Of a stretch of DNA of 38,746 nt, positions 7,401 to 16,838 are shown in pieces. The translations under genes and the position numbers were made by a program. The notes under the pieces were generated by a model that saw only the letters and a list, made by a program, of their open reading frames with translations, had not been told where the DNA came from and did not search any database. Position 1 is the stretch's first letter, and every line of letters begins with the position of its first letter. The DNA comes from a virus (Duplodnaviria > Heunggongvirae > Uroviricota > Caudoviricetes): IMG/VR virus record IMGVR_UViG_2740892229_000013; one strand, given 5' to 3'.

Positions 7401-8960
7401 CTAATCTCGTTTCAGAACTCCAAAATCGAATGCTCCATCAATAGGCAATACACCTTCTGCAAAGCCAGGTGTGGTGTCGATGATGTGTTTTCGCTCATAA
7501 GAGTGAGACAACAGGTATTTGTTGCTAATGTCAATGAAATCAGTGATAAAACACACGTTTGCCTGATTTTTTTTGGCTCGTAAGCCACGACCGACACGCT
7601 GTCTCATTTCAACTTCTGCTTTCCCACCACCAGCAAGAATGACCGCACCAACGCTTGGCACATCAACACCAACATCCAGAATAGTCGAGCCTATTAAAAC
7701 ATCTATTTCACCAGACGCTAAACTGTTCAGCTTTGCTTGCCTTGTCGTCTGGTTAGATTCCCCATAGATGAAATCAACTCTAAGACCTGACTCCTTCATC
7801 ATCTCCATCAGGATTTGCCCGTGGCGTTTAAGACGAACCAGAGTCATGCAGTTGAGTGAATGTTGCTTATAAAGCAATGCCTCGCGCACTATGGCCTCGT
7901 TACGTCCCAAATTATACACGATCCCCAACTGATAAGCCTTTTGGTAGGCGGTGCTCATACCAACTCTAAAATTGAGATGTTTGTTGGCAAGTTCGGCCTT
8001 GATTCTGGCCTCGTCTGGCTTGTAGGCAACTTTATGATAAAGGAAGTACGGCTTTGCCAGAATGCCTCGATCAATCAGGTACTTTTCTGTGACTTTAATT
8101 TCAATTCGCCCGGCCACCGCCATCAGGCGCATGTTGGCTTCCGTCGAATCCTTCATGAACGGCGTGGCTGTAAGCGCCAGACGATAGTCTGCGTTCACAC
8201 ATAATCTGGCGATGTCATAGAAATTTGAGCCTGAAGACTCATGCGCCTCTTCCAGAATAAGAAGAGAGACACTTGAAAGGAAGCGTTTCACCAACTCCCG
8301 ACGTTTGAGGTGGTAGCTTTTCTTATCTGGTGTTGCATCGCGTGGTGGTTCTTCGAGGAAACTTGCAAGAGTTTGAACTGTAGCGACGTTGATATGTCGT
8401 GATACCTGGAACTCACCCGAGCCAATGACTCCAACCTTTTGGTCTTTTAACCACGGTTCGCCATTTTTGGCGCGGTAGTCGATGGATCTCTGGAAGTTTT
8501 CGGCCATTTGAAACATCAGAACAGAGCGGGTTGTTAAAAATAATGTCATTCGACCGATACGTGCAGCTGCTTTGCAGGCAACATTAGATTTCCCGCCACC
8601 AGTAGCGATCTGCGCAATCATCATTCCCTCTCGAACCAGTGTTTCCACAGTCTGATCCTGATACGCATAATCAGGATTGTATGGGAATGGGTTAACCGCC
8701 GGATTTGGTTTTCCAAGCGCCGGGGCTTTGTCTTTGCGGATATGAACACATTTGATGCCCGCCTTGTTCAAGTTCGCCGCTACAGGCTTGGCAAAGCCTG
8801 CAGGGAACGAGTTTTTACTCCAGTTGAACATTGTGCTTGTGCCCTTCCAGTCGCCAGTCTCGACTTCGTAGCTCAACATCTGTTGCACCAGTTGCTTTAC
8901 CTTGTCATCTGCGCCAGAAATAAGCGCATTAACTGCGTTAGATACAATCCGAACAGTCAT
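7401..8960 (-). CDS. SF2 DNA/RNA helicase (DEAH-type)
   Basis: Walker A ATGGGKSN, DEAH-like LILEEAH, motif III LTATP, motif VI QRVGRGLR; strong RBS AAGGAAAGAGG. Confidence 0.85.
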   Translation of the reverse strand: MTVRIVSNAVNALISGADDKVKQLVQQMLSYEVETGDWKGTSTMFNWSKNSFPAGFAKPVAANLNKAGIKCVHIRKDKAPALGKPNPAVNPFPYNPDYAYQDQTVETLVREGMMIAQIATGGGKSNVACKAAARIGRMTLFLTTRSVLMFQMAENFQRSIDYRAKNGEPWLKDQKVGVIGSGEFQVSRHINVATVQTLASFLEEPPRDATPDKKSYHLKRRELVKRFLSSVSLLILEEAHESSGSNFYDIARLCVNADYRLALTATPFMKDSTEANMRLMAVAGRIEIKVTEKYLIDRGILAKPYFLYHKVAYKPDEARIKAELANKHLNFRVGMSTAYQKAYQLGIVYNLGRNEAIVREALLYKQHSLNCMTLVRLKRHGQILMEMMKESGLRVDFIYGESNQTTRQAKLNSLASGEIDVLIGSTILDVGVDVPSVGAVILAGGGKAEVEMRQRVGRGLRAKKNQANVCFITDFIDISNKYLLSHSYERKHIIDTTPGFAEGVLPIDGAFDFGVLKRD

Positions 8961-9042
8961 AAACCTCTTTCCTTAGTGCCTTTTGTATGTTATTTGGCTA
9001 TTATAATAAGTAAGTGATTACTTAGTGGATTGTAGCAATAAA
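8961..9042. promoter_or_regulatory. divergent promoter/operator region
   Basis: Between divergent helicase and ParB operons; contains TATAAT (9002-9007) and palindrome AAGTAAGTGATTACTT (9008-9023). Confidence 0.45.
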
Positions 9043-9726
9043 ATGGATGTAAAAATCACGATTTTGCAGGTTGATGTTGCCAACCTTCGCCCGAATACCT
9101 GGAACACCAATTCGGTTGGTGCGCAGAATTTTGAAAAACTGAAAGGTTCTATCGAAAAATTGGGCTTTTTTAAGCCAATTTTGGCTCGTGAACTTGAAGA
9201 TGGATTTTTTGAAATCCTCGGCGGCGAACATCGCTGGCGTGCCGCTATTGAGCAAGGAATTTCAACGGTTCCAGTGCTTTCTGTGGGCAAAATTAGCGAT
9301 GTCGTAGCTAAACAGATGTCACTGGTGGACAACGAGCGATACGGTGAAGACGACCAAATCGCATTGCAACGCTTCATTGAAGAAATTCAGTCAGAACTTG
9401 ACTATCAACTGTCTGAAATCGCCCCGTATGACGACGAAATCTCGATGGTTTTAGCAAAAGAGGCGGCAATCGACCTTGAAGCACTGGAGGCGTTGTCTCG
9501 TGGTAGTGATGAGCCTGTCGATACCGACAAACGAGAGAAAACCGAACGTGTGGGGGCGGAACATCAGACCATGCGCTTCAAAGTAACTTTCGATGCGTCA
9601 GATCGTGTTGCAGAAACCATAAAAAACATCATCAAAGAGCAGGCTATTAACACCGGTAATGAAATGGAGAACGCTGGTGAGGCTCTGGTGTGGCTGGTCG
9701 ACTACTACTACAAGGAGCGTATGTAA
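9043..9726 (+). CDS. ParB/Srx-like nuclease-domain protein 1 (possible RHH C-terminus)
   Basis: N-terminal ParB-type motif FEILGGEHRWRAAIEQG; ORF track starts GTG 9025, ATG 9043 preferred. Confidence 0.75.
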   Translation: MDVKITILQVDVANLRPNTWNTNSVGAQNFEKLKGSIEKLGFFKPILARELEDGFFEILGGEHRWRAAIEQGISTVPVLSVGKISDVVAKQMSLVDNERYGEDDQIALQRFIEEIQSELDYQLSEIAPYDDEISMVLAKEAAIDLEALEALSRGSDEPVDTDKREKTERVGAEHQTMRFKVTFDASDRVAETIKNIIKEQAINTGNEMENAGEALVWLVDYYYKERM

Positions 9727-10394
9727 TGACCAAAAAGTTTGAAATCGTATATCGCGACCCGGCAGATCTTATTCCCTATGAGATGAATGCCAAAAAGCAT
9801 GATGAACAGCAGATCCGAGATCTAGCCGCAGCCATTAAAAAGCGCGGATTTGACCAGCCAATTACGGTCGATAAGAACGACGTAATTATTACTGGCCACG
9901 GCCGCCGTGAGGCTGCAATTTTTGCTGGACTTGAGCGCGTACCGGTTATTGTTCGCGATGATCTCAGTGATGACGAGGTTCGTGCGAAGCGCCTTGAAGA
10001 TAACCGACTTGCCAGCATTGATTACGATGCAATTAAGCTACAGAAAGAGCTTGAGTCGCTTGTTCTGGACGATATCGAGGTTTTCGGCTTTGAAGAGCGT
10101 GAGTTGAATGTTCTCGTTGGCAGCATGACAGAAGAAATGGACACCGACTCGCTAGTTATCGATCTTGGCGAAGAAACTAAACGACAGAAGGATGAACACA
10201 CCGAGATCAGTCGTGAAGTTGCAGCGGAAGAAGTACGTGTTGTCGACGTATTGGGCTTTAAAACGCTTCCTGCTGGCTCTGCCATTGTTGTTGGTGATTT
10301 GCTTGCCCACATGGAAGAAATGACGGGAGAAAGCGGGGTAGACGCATTTGTGGCATATGCGGAGAAGATCTCTTCCGGGGAGATGGCTGTATGA
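9726..10394 (+). CDS. ParB/Srx-like nuclease-domain protein 2
   Basis: Motif ITGHGRREAAIFAG; ATG overlaps upstream stop (TAATG); ORF track start 9690 rejected. Confidence 0.75.
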   Translation: MTKKFEIVYRDPADLIPYEMNAKKHDEQQIRDLAAAIKKRGFDQPITVDKNDVIITGHGRREAAIFAGLERVPVIVRDDLSDDEVRAKRLEDNRLASIDYDAIKLQKELESLVLDDIEVFGFEERELNVLVGSMTEEMDTDSLVIDLGEETKRQKDEHTEISREVAAEEVRVVDVLGFKTLPAGSAIVVGDLLAHMEEMTGESGVDAFVAYAEKISSGEMAV

Positions 10395-11056
10395 GCAAAT
10401 ACATCATCAACGTATCGTTTCAGACACGCGTAAATAAAACCACGCGCACGTTGGAAATCGCTGAGTCGTTCGGGCTTGGCCTGGACGAAAAAGAGTGGAC
10501 GCTTTACGACAATCTGGAGCTGGAAGTGAAGCAGGGCGATGTGGTGTACATCACCGGCCAATCCGGTTCCGGCAAATCCGTTGTGCTGCGCGAGTTGCAA
10601 CGACAGATGAAGGATGAAGGGCTGTCTGTAGCCTCCATCGATGATTTTACCTTCGATAATGAGGTTAACGTCATCGATCAGTTGGGCAAAACGACCAGCG
10701 ATGCGCTTGGGTTGTTATCTATGGCTGGTCTGAACGATGCATATCTGTTTGTTCGCAAGCCTTCTGAAATGTCAGACGGTCAGAAATATCGTCTCAAGAT
10801 TGCCAAACTGATTGAGTCAGGCGCTAAAGTGTGGGCTGCTGACGAGTTCGGTGCTGTTCTAGACCGTGTAACCGCTCAGGTTGTGGCATCTAACCTCCAG
10901 CGTGCCGCTCGAAAGGTTGGTGCGACGGTAATGGTGGCGACGACTCACGAAGACCTGAAGAACGCGCTGCGCCCGGATATGCAGATCACCAAGCACTACA
11001 AAGAACGCGTGAAGGTGGAATATCACAATGGTAGTCATGATGAGGTTCATTTATGA
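10391..11056 (+). CDS. soluble ABC-type ATPase
   Basis: Walker A GQSGSGKS, ABC signature MSDGQ, Walker B VWAADE, H-loop ATTHED; no TM segments; ATGA overlap with upstream gene. Confidence 0.8.
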   Translation: MSKYIINVSFQTRVNKTTRTLEIAESFGLGLDEKEWTLYDNLELEVKQGDVVYITGQSGSGKSVVLRELQRQMKDEGLSVASIDDFTFDNEVNVIDQLGKTTSDALGLLSMAGLNDAYLFVRKPSEMSDGQKYRLKIAKLIESGAKVWAADEFGAVLDRVTAQVVASNLQRAARKVGATVMVATTHEDLKNALRPDMQITKHYKERVKVEYHNGSHDEVHL

Positions 11057-11943
11057 CGGACATCATCATTAAACGCTACCGCCCTGAAGAGTTTCCGCGT
11101 CATCTGGACTTTCTGGAGCGAATGACTGTCACAAAGGGAACTGTAGAGGACTGGCACGCTCTTAAGTCGCTTCACTACAAAACAGACGGCAAACCTTTCG
11201 CGCCAACTTACTATCGCTGCGAACTTGATGACCGTCTGGTGGGCGTCGTGGTTATGGCTTACCCGAAACTACTGCTGGCACCTCGCCACCGCATGTTTCC
11301 TAAGTTGAAACCAACCACTAATACCACCGTGGCTAACCAGTACTGGGGTCGGTACGTGAATAACAACTTTGCGGTGATCAGTCGCTCAGTTGTGGATACT
11401 CAGTATCGTGGCGTAGGCGTCTCTTATCGAATGATTAACCTGGTTAGCAGGATGCATGACCGGCCAATCATTGAGATCCAGTCCTCGATGAGCAAATACA
11501 ATCCCTTCGCCATGAAAGCAGGGTTTAAGTTCATCCGCCCTGAGCGACCGAAGAGCTATGAAAGTGCACTGCGTGTATTCCAGCGCCATTTCCGTTCCGA
11601 CCCGGGTGATAACGAGGCGATCGTCAAAGAATTGTTCGCAATGAGCGAGTCTCGTCGTCGCCGTGCACTGCGTGATCTGGTGGCGGACTACCACAAGAAC
11701 AGTTCCCTGGCAAAAGCTGGGCGGAATCGTGGCACGACGATTCAGGACATTGCCGACAGTCTGGTGGACGAGGCCAGCATTGTGAAGCTGCTCAAGGACA
11801 TTCACAACCTGAGCTTTACGTCTCCGTTGTATGGTGTGTACCGAAACCCTGACTTTGGCCGTCGACTGCCTGACACGCTGCCACTGCTGGCATTCGACAA
11901 ACAACCTTTGGATAAACCGTTAGAAATTGCTTTACCGGCATAA
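11053..11943 (+). CDS. GNAT-fold acyltransferase-like protein with C-terminal extension
   Basis: QYRGVGVSYRM (acyl-CoA binding-type motif) and NPFAMKAGFKF; ATGA overlap with ABC ATPase gene. Confidence 0.5.
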   Translation: MTDIIIKRYRPEEFPRHLDFLERMTVTKGTVEDWHALKSLHYKTDGKPFAPTYYRCELDDRLVGVVVMAYPKLLLAPRHRMFPKLKPTTNTTVANQYWGRYVNNNFAVISRSVVDTQYRGVGVSYRMINLVSRMHDRPIIEIQSSMSKYNPFAMKAGFKFIRPERPKSYESALRVFQRHFRSDPGDNEAIVKELFAMSESRRRRALRDLVADYHKNSSLAKAGRNRGTTIQDIADSLVDEASIVKLLKDIHNLSFTSPLYGVYRNPDFGRRLPDTLPLLAFDKQPLDKPLEIALPA

Positions 11944-11952
11944 GGATTTGCC

Positions 11953-12219
11953 ATGACGTTAACCGATAAACAAAAGGACATCATCAAAACGCTCAATCTC
12001 GGTTATGAGCGAGGTCATCTACTTGACCTGGACGAATTGCTTGAAGTTTTGCCGTACAAGACAACCAAGCAAAGTATCCAGTTCTCAATTCGCGCTCTGA
12101 TAAAAAAGGGGCTGGTGGAGAAAGGGCATACGCGCCAACGCAGTGACAATCGCTATCACCGCCGAACTCTTGGGTTAACCACTTTAGGTCGAGCCAAAGC
12201 GAAGTTACTGGTGATGTAA
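11953..12219 (+). CDS. small winged-helix-like DNA-binding protein
   Basis: 88 aa, basic C-terminus; AAGGA RBS. Confidence 0.45.
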   Translation: MTLTDKQKDIIKTLNLGYERGHLLDLDELLEVLPYKTTKQSIQFSIRALIKKGLVEKGHTRQRSDNRYHRRTLGLTTLGRAKAKLLVM

Positions 12220-12221
12220 TC

Positions 12222-12397
12222 GGTCTGGGAGCTTATTTAAAGACCTGCATCTGTATATATAAATAATAAGTAACTTATTAAATATATACGGAAGCAGGCT
12301 TCGTAAGACATGCCAGACCTAATTAAACACCCCAGAAAACAAGTTGGTTAGCAGATGCAGTAAACAAGTTGTTTTAGAGCGCATGGACGCGCTCTGT
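12222..12397. promoter_or_regulatory. structured intergenic region upstream of terS (nested inverted repeats, AT-rich palindrome)
   Basis: GGTCTGG 12222-12228 / CCAGACC 12313-12319; CTGCATCTG 12245-12253 / CAGATGCAG 12352-12360; AT palindrome 12253-12289; AAACAAGTTGTTT 12362-12374; AGAGCGC/GCGCTCT 12376-12397. Confidence 0.45.
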
Positions 12398-12414
12398 GTG
12401 TTTTAGAGGGATCT

Positions 12415-13047
12415 ATGACGGTCGAAAAAGACGAGGTAAAAACTCGCCTGACACCAGCGGAGTGGGCCGAAGCTGAAGCCAAATGGACGTCAGGCGAATA
12501 TACACTCTCAAAGCTGGAGGAAGAGTACGGCATTCGTCGTGAAACACTCTCCAGACATTTCAAAAAGCGAGGATTAGAGAAAGGCGCGGACTCTGTTGGG
12601 AAGATGGTTCGTGAGTCTCTTAAATCTGACGCAGAGCTTCGCGCTAAAGTCCGTGCGGAAAAGATAGAAGAACGTCGTACACGTTATGACGGCTGGGCGT
12701 ATGCGTTGGGGCAGATGGTGATGGTCGAAGTCACTACGGCCAAACGTGAGGGTAAGCCTTTAGGGGCGATTGAGGATTCTCTCAAGAGCTTACAGAGAGC
12801 CAGTAATACCCTTGCAAAATGCTTTGAAGTTTCGTCCAAAGCATTGGGCATGGATCATGCGGAAAATGACGAGGAAGAAATTCCGAATCTGGTATTTGGT
12901 GAGCTTACGCCTTCCCAGGTGGCGAAATTACGTCAGGAAGACGACGAGCCTGAAATCATCGATGACGAATTGCTTGAGACGTTGGAAGAAGAAGCTCTAA
13001 GCGAATTTGATGCGACAGATGATGGAAGTGAAGGGGAGGACGAATAA
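12415..13047 (+). CDS. terS: terminase small subunit
   Basis: HTH-like N-terminus, acidic C-terminus, directly upstream of and overlapping terL (TAATG). Confidence 0.6.
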   Translation: MTVEKDEVKTRLTPAEWAEAEAKWTSGEYTLSKLEEEYGIRRETLSRHFKKRGLEKGADSVGKMVRESLKSDAELRAKVRAEKIEERRTRYDGWAYALGQMVMVEVTTAKREGKPLGAIEDSLKSLQRASNTLAKCFEVSSKALGMDHAENDEEEIPNLVFGELTPSQVAKLRQEDDEPEIIDDELLETLEEEALSEFDATDDGSEGEDE

Positions 13048-14303
13048 TGGCAATCCCGTCCTCGCTCAGTCTTGTGCAACTGCATTCTGGACAGATGAAA
13101 GTCTTCCAGTCTCCGCATCGATTTAAAGTTGTTTGTGCTGGTCGACGCTGGGGAAAATCCCGGTTGTCGATCTCCACTATTATTCGTGCGGCGGCAAAGG
13201 AAAAAAAGCAAAGGGTCTGGTATGTCGCTCCTACTTACCAGATGGCTCGCCAGATTTTGTGGGACGATCTACAGGAAGTTCTGCCTCGTAAGTGGGTTAG
13301 GAAAAAGAACGACACCACGATGACAATCGTGTTGAAGAACGGTTCGGAGATCGCCCTCAAAGGTGCTGATAAGCCTGACACTCTGCGCGGCGTAGCGTTG
13401 CATTTTGTAGTGCTTGATGAATTTCAGGATATGAAGGCTGACACTTGGTACAAGGTGTTACGACCTACTCTTTCATCGACACGCGGCGGTGCACTGATCA
13501 TTGGTACGCCAAAAGGCTTCTCGGAATTTCACAAACTGTGGACTATAGGCCAGAACGTAGAGCTGCAAAGAAAGGGACAGTGGAAGAGCTGGCAGTTTGT
13601 AACTGCCGATTCTCCGTTTGTACCTACGGCGGAAATTGAAGCTGCTAAGAACGATATGGACCCCAAATCGTTCGCTCAGGAGTACCTGGCCAGCTTTGAG
13701 AACATGTCCGGGCGCGTTTACTACCCGTTCGATCGTAACGTGCATGTAAAACCGCTTCAGTTCAACCCTCGGTTACCTATATGGGTAGGGCAGGACTTCA
13801 ACATTGACCCGATGTCTTCCGTAATTTTGCAACCTCAGCCAAATGGTGAGCTATGGGCAATTGATGAATTGGTGCTCTTTTCCTCTAACACGGCAGAGGT
13901 TTGTGATGAGCTTGAGAGACGCTTCTGGCGCTGGAAATCACAGATAACGATATTTCCAGATCCGGCAGGTGCTTATCGCCAACATGCTCGCGGGGAGTCT
14001 GACGTCGACATATTCAAAGAGAAGGGATTCTTACGTGTCGATTATTCGAAAAAGCACCCGCCAATTGCGGATCGTGTTAATGCTGTTAACCGAATGCTGA
14101 TGACCGCATCTGGAGATATCCGGCTGTATATCGATCCGAAGTGCAAGCATTTGATTGATTCACTGGAAAAAGTCATCTACAAGCCTGGAACACGAGATAT
14201 GGATAAGACAGGTGGCATTGAGCATAGTGCAGACGCATTGGGCTATCCAGTACATCGTAGGTATCCAGTCAAAAACCGTGTTATTCTTGGTGGTTCTCGA
14301 TAG
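13047..14303 (+). CDS. terL: terminase large subunit
   Basis: Walker A GRRWGKS, Walker B VVLDEF, C-terminal nuclease-type acidic motifs. Confidence 0.9.
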   Translation: MAIPSSLSLVQLHSGQMKVFQSPHRFKVVCAGRRWGKSRLSISTIIRAAAKEKKQRVWYVAPTYQMARQILWDDLQEVLPRKWVRKKNDTTMTIVLKNGSEIALKGADKPDTLRGVALHFVVLDEFQDMKADTWYKVLRPTLSSTRGGALIIGTPKGFSEFHKLWTIGQNVELQRKGQWKSWQFVTADSPFVPTAEIEAAKNDMDPKSFAQEYLASFENMSGRVYYPFDRNVHVKPLQFNPRLPIWVGQDFNIDPMSSVILQPQPNGELWAIDELVLFSSNTAEVCDELERRFWRWKSQITIFPDPAGAYRQHARGESDVDIFKEKGFLRVDYSKKHPPIADRVNAVNRMLMTASGDIRLYIDPKCKHLIDSLEKVIYKPGTRDMDKTGGIEHSADALGYPVHRRYPVKNRVILGGSR

Positions 14304-14329
14304 GTAAGTAATTATCTAAGGTTATTCAA

Positions 14330-15904
14330 ATGGAATTGAACGACAAACAAATTAAGGATCTGGTGGCGCGACGCCACCCGGAATACGAAAAGAAAAAAGA
14401 ACATTGGGACTTCCTCGCCAGCACTTACGCTGGCGGGCGTGGTTGGTTTACAGACAATATCTTTCGTTACTTTAAAGAGGGAGATCAGGAGTTTAAGGAG
14501 CGAGTTGAACGTGCTTATCGCTTCAACCACACTCGTGAGGTGGTAAACCTCATCAACAAATATCTCTTTAAAGAAGACATTCATAGAAATATCGAAGAGG
14601 CACCAGAGCAGATCCGCAATTTCTGGAAACGTGCGACTCGCCAGAATGCCTCTATTGACTCATTTATGGCCGCTATTGATTTGCAGTCGTCTATTTACGG
14701 TCGCATATGGGTTGTTGTCGATAGCACGATGAGTGGTGATGTTGAGTCAGTAGCTGACGAGAAAAAGAAAGATGCTCGCGCCTACGCCTACTGGATTTCA
14801 CCTCAGCAAATGCTGGATGTGGCATGGGACGACGACGGGAATATGTTGTGGGCGTTAATTGTGGAAGTCGCTCGTGATGACGCAGATCCTTTTACTTCTA
14901 CAGGTCAGGAATACCAACGTTATCGTCTGTGGACACAAAACGAGTGGTATCTGTTCCGTGAGGAAGTGAAGAAGGGCGCTGGTGGAGCAGGTCGCCGTCA
15001 GGCAAAAGTTATTTTAGAGGATAGCGGTGAGCATAATCTCGGCGTAGTTCCTGTGTTTCCTGTTGATTGTATTGGAGAAAGTGAATCACCGTATTTCAGC
15101 CCATCGTTGATCGATGATATCGCTTATCTTGATCGTGCGGTTGCAAACTATCTGTCAAACCTTGATGCCATTATTCAGGATCAGACATTTAGCCAGTTGG
15201 CTATACCGGTACAGTCGCTTTTACCTGGTGATGAAAACCACACTAAAGTGCTTGAAATGGGCACAAAGCGAGTCTTCACCTACGATTCTGAAGGTGGAAA
15301 CCAGCCGTTTTATCTGTCACCAGACCCGAAACAAGCTCAGATGATCATCACTACGATTAAGACGGTGATTAACGAAATCTACCATTCAGTTGGTGTAGCT
15401 GGTGAGCGAACGAAGCAGGACAACGCACAGGGAATCGATAACTCATCTGGGGCCGCAAAAATGTATGACTTCCAGCGTGTAAATAGCTTGCTTGTCACAA
15501 AAGCAGAGCGTCTGGAAAGGGCTGAACGCCAAATCATGCTACTGGTTGCGAAATGGATGGGGGTAGATCTGGACGAAGACCACTCTTTAATTGCGTATCC
15601 AGAAAGTTTCGATATTCGTGGCCTTACAGATGAATTTTCTGTTGCCGAGAAACTGTCATTACTTCAGGCACCGGACTCTGTACGTCGTCACCAGATGGAA
15701 ATGCTTATTGAGAAGATTTTCCCGAACATTACTGAGGCGATGAAAAAGGAATTTGATAAAGATCTCTTGAATTTTCCGCCAAAAAATGATCTAAATACCC
15801 TTGAAAATAAGTCAGTACTTACTTATGATCGTGGTGTGGCCCAAGAAAGCGGGCAAGATCAACCCCGAGGGAATGGGGACTCATCTACTCAAGAGAACGA
15901 GTGA
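14330..15904 (+). CDS. portal protein
   Basis: 524 aa, immediately after terL; position and size. Confidence 0.7.
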   Translation: MELNDKQIKDLVARRHPEYEKKKEHWDFLASTYAGGRGWFTDNIFRYFKEGDQEFKERVERAYRFNHTREVVNLINKYLFKEDIHRNIEEAPEQIRNFWKRATRQNASIDSFMAAIDLQSSIYGRIWVVVDSTMSGDVESVADEKKKDARAYAYWISPQQMLDVAWDDDGNMLWALIVEVARDDADPFTSTGQEYQRYRLWTQNEWYLFREEVKKGAGGAGRRQAKVILEDSGEHNLGVVPVFPVDCIGESESPYFSPSLIDDIAYLDRAVANYLSNLDAIIQDQTFSQLAIPVQSLLPGDENHTKVLEMGTKRVFTYDSEGGNQPFYLSPDPKQAQMIITTIKTVINEIYHSVGVAGERTKQDNAQGIDNSSGAAKMYDFQRVNSLLVTKAERLERAERQIMLLVAKWMGVDLDEDHSLIAYPESFDIRGLTDEFSVAEKLSLLQAPDSVRRHQMEMLIEKIFPNITEAMKKEFDKDLLNFPPKNDLNTLENKSVLTYDRGVAQESGQDQPRGNGDSSTQENE

Positions 15905-15925
15905 TAAGTAACAAAGGGAATTTTT

Positions 15926-16813
15926 ATGAAACTGTGGCAAATGCTTTTGGCCCGTCGTGGTCTGATGGATGTTGCTGAAGCGCATGAGCGTGGGGGCGCT
16001 GGCGGTGTAGCTGCTGATAATGAGCAGAGTACACAAGATCCTGACAAGCAGGGTGAACAAAAAGAGCAGCCGAAGGGTGATGACGAATACGCTGGCATGA
16101 CTCATGAAGAGTTACTGGTCGAACTTCGCAAAACCAAGAAAGCTGGTGCTGAACTGCTGAAAGAGAACATGAAGCGCAAAGAGAAAGAGCGCACATTGGC
16201 CGATCAGCTTGCTCAGTACGGTGATATCGACCCGGCGCGTGCTCGCCAGCTTTTAGAAGCTGAACAGGCCGCAGAAAACGCACGTCGTGAGGCGGAGCAA
16301 GCTGAACTGGAGCGTCGTGGTGAGTTCGATGCTGTTAAAAAACAGATGATCGAAGCACACCAGGCAGAGCTGGCACAGCGTGACGAACGTTATGCAGCAC
16401 TGGAAAGTGAAAACGCATCACTGAAATCTCAATTAGTCGAGATGACCGTGGGCGCTTCCTTCAGTAACTCTCTCTTCCTACGTGACAAAGTTCTGATGAC
16501 TCCGGCAAAAGCCCGCGTGATCTACGGTTCTCATTTTGAAGTGGGTGAAGACGGTAGCGTAGTGGGTTATGACAAACCGGCAGGTCATAAAGAACGAGCT
16601 GTTCTGGTTGACGGTGAAGGTAAGCCGTTGCCGTTTGAATCCGCGATTGAACGCATTGTGCGGGCAGATCCGGAAGCTGACGCATTGATGCGTAGCGAAG
16701 CCAAGCAGGGTGTAGGCTCACATTCCAAATCGACCTACACAATATCCCAACCGAAGAACAAGTCGACTATGGATAAGTTGGCCTCCGGTCTGGGGAAAAT
16801 TGGACTTAAGTAA
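15926..16813 (+). CDS. scaffolding protein (coiled-coil, charged)
   Basis: E/A/R/K-rich coiled-coil segment; between portal and capsid gene. Confidence 0.5.
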   Translation: MKLWQMLLARRGLMDVAEAHERGGAGGVAADNEQSTQDPDKQGEQKEQPKGDDEYAGMTHEELLVELRKTKKAGAELLKENMKRKEKERTLADQLAQYGDIDPARARQLLEAEQAAENARREAEQAELERRGEFDAVKKQMIEAHQAELAQRDERYAALESENASLKSQLVEMTVGASFSNSLFLRDKVLMTPAKARVIYGSHFEVGEDGSVVGYDKPAGHKERAVLVDGEGKPLPFESAIERIVRADPEADALMRSEAKQGVGSHSKSTYTISQPKNKSTMDKLASGLGKIGLK

Positions 16814-16838
16814 CATCTAAATCAAAGGGAATTGATAG

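Noticed and set aside
10022-10600. 192-aa minus-strand ORF
   Set aside because: Antisense to the ParB-like and ABC ATPase genes, which carry clear conserved motifs; Ser/Thr/Arg-rich translation.
11386-11904. 172-aa minus-strand ORF
   Set aside because: Antisense to the GNAT-like gene, which is translationally coupled to its neighbours.
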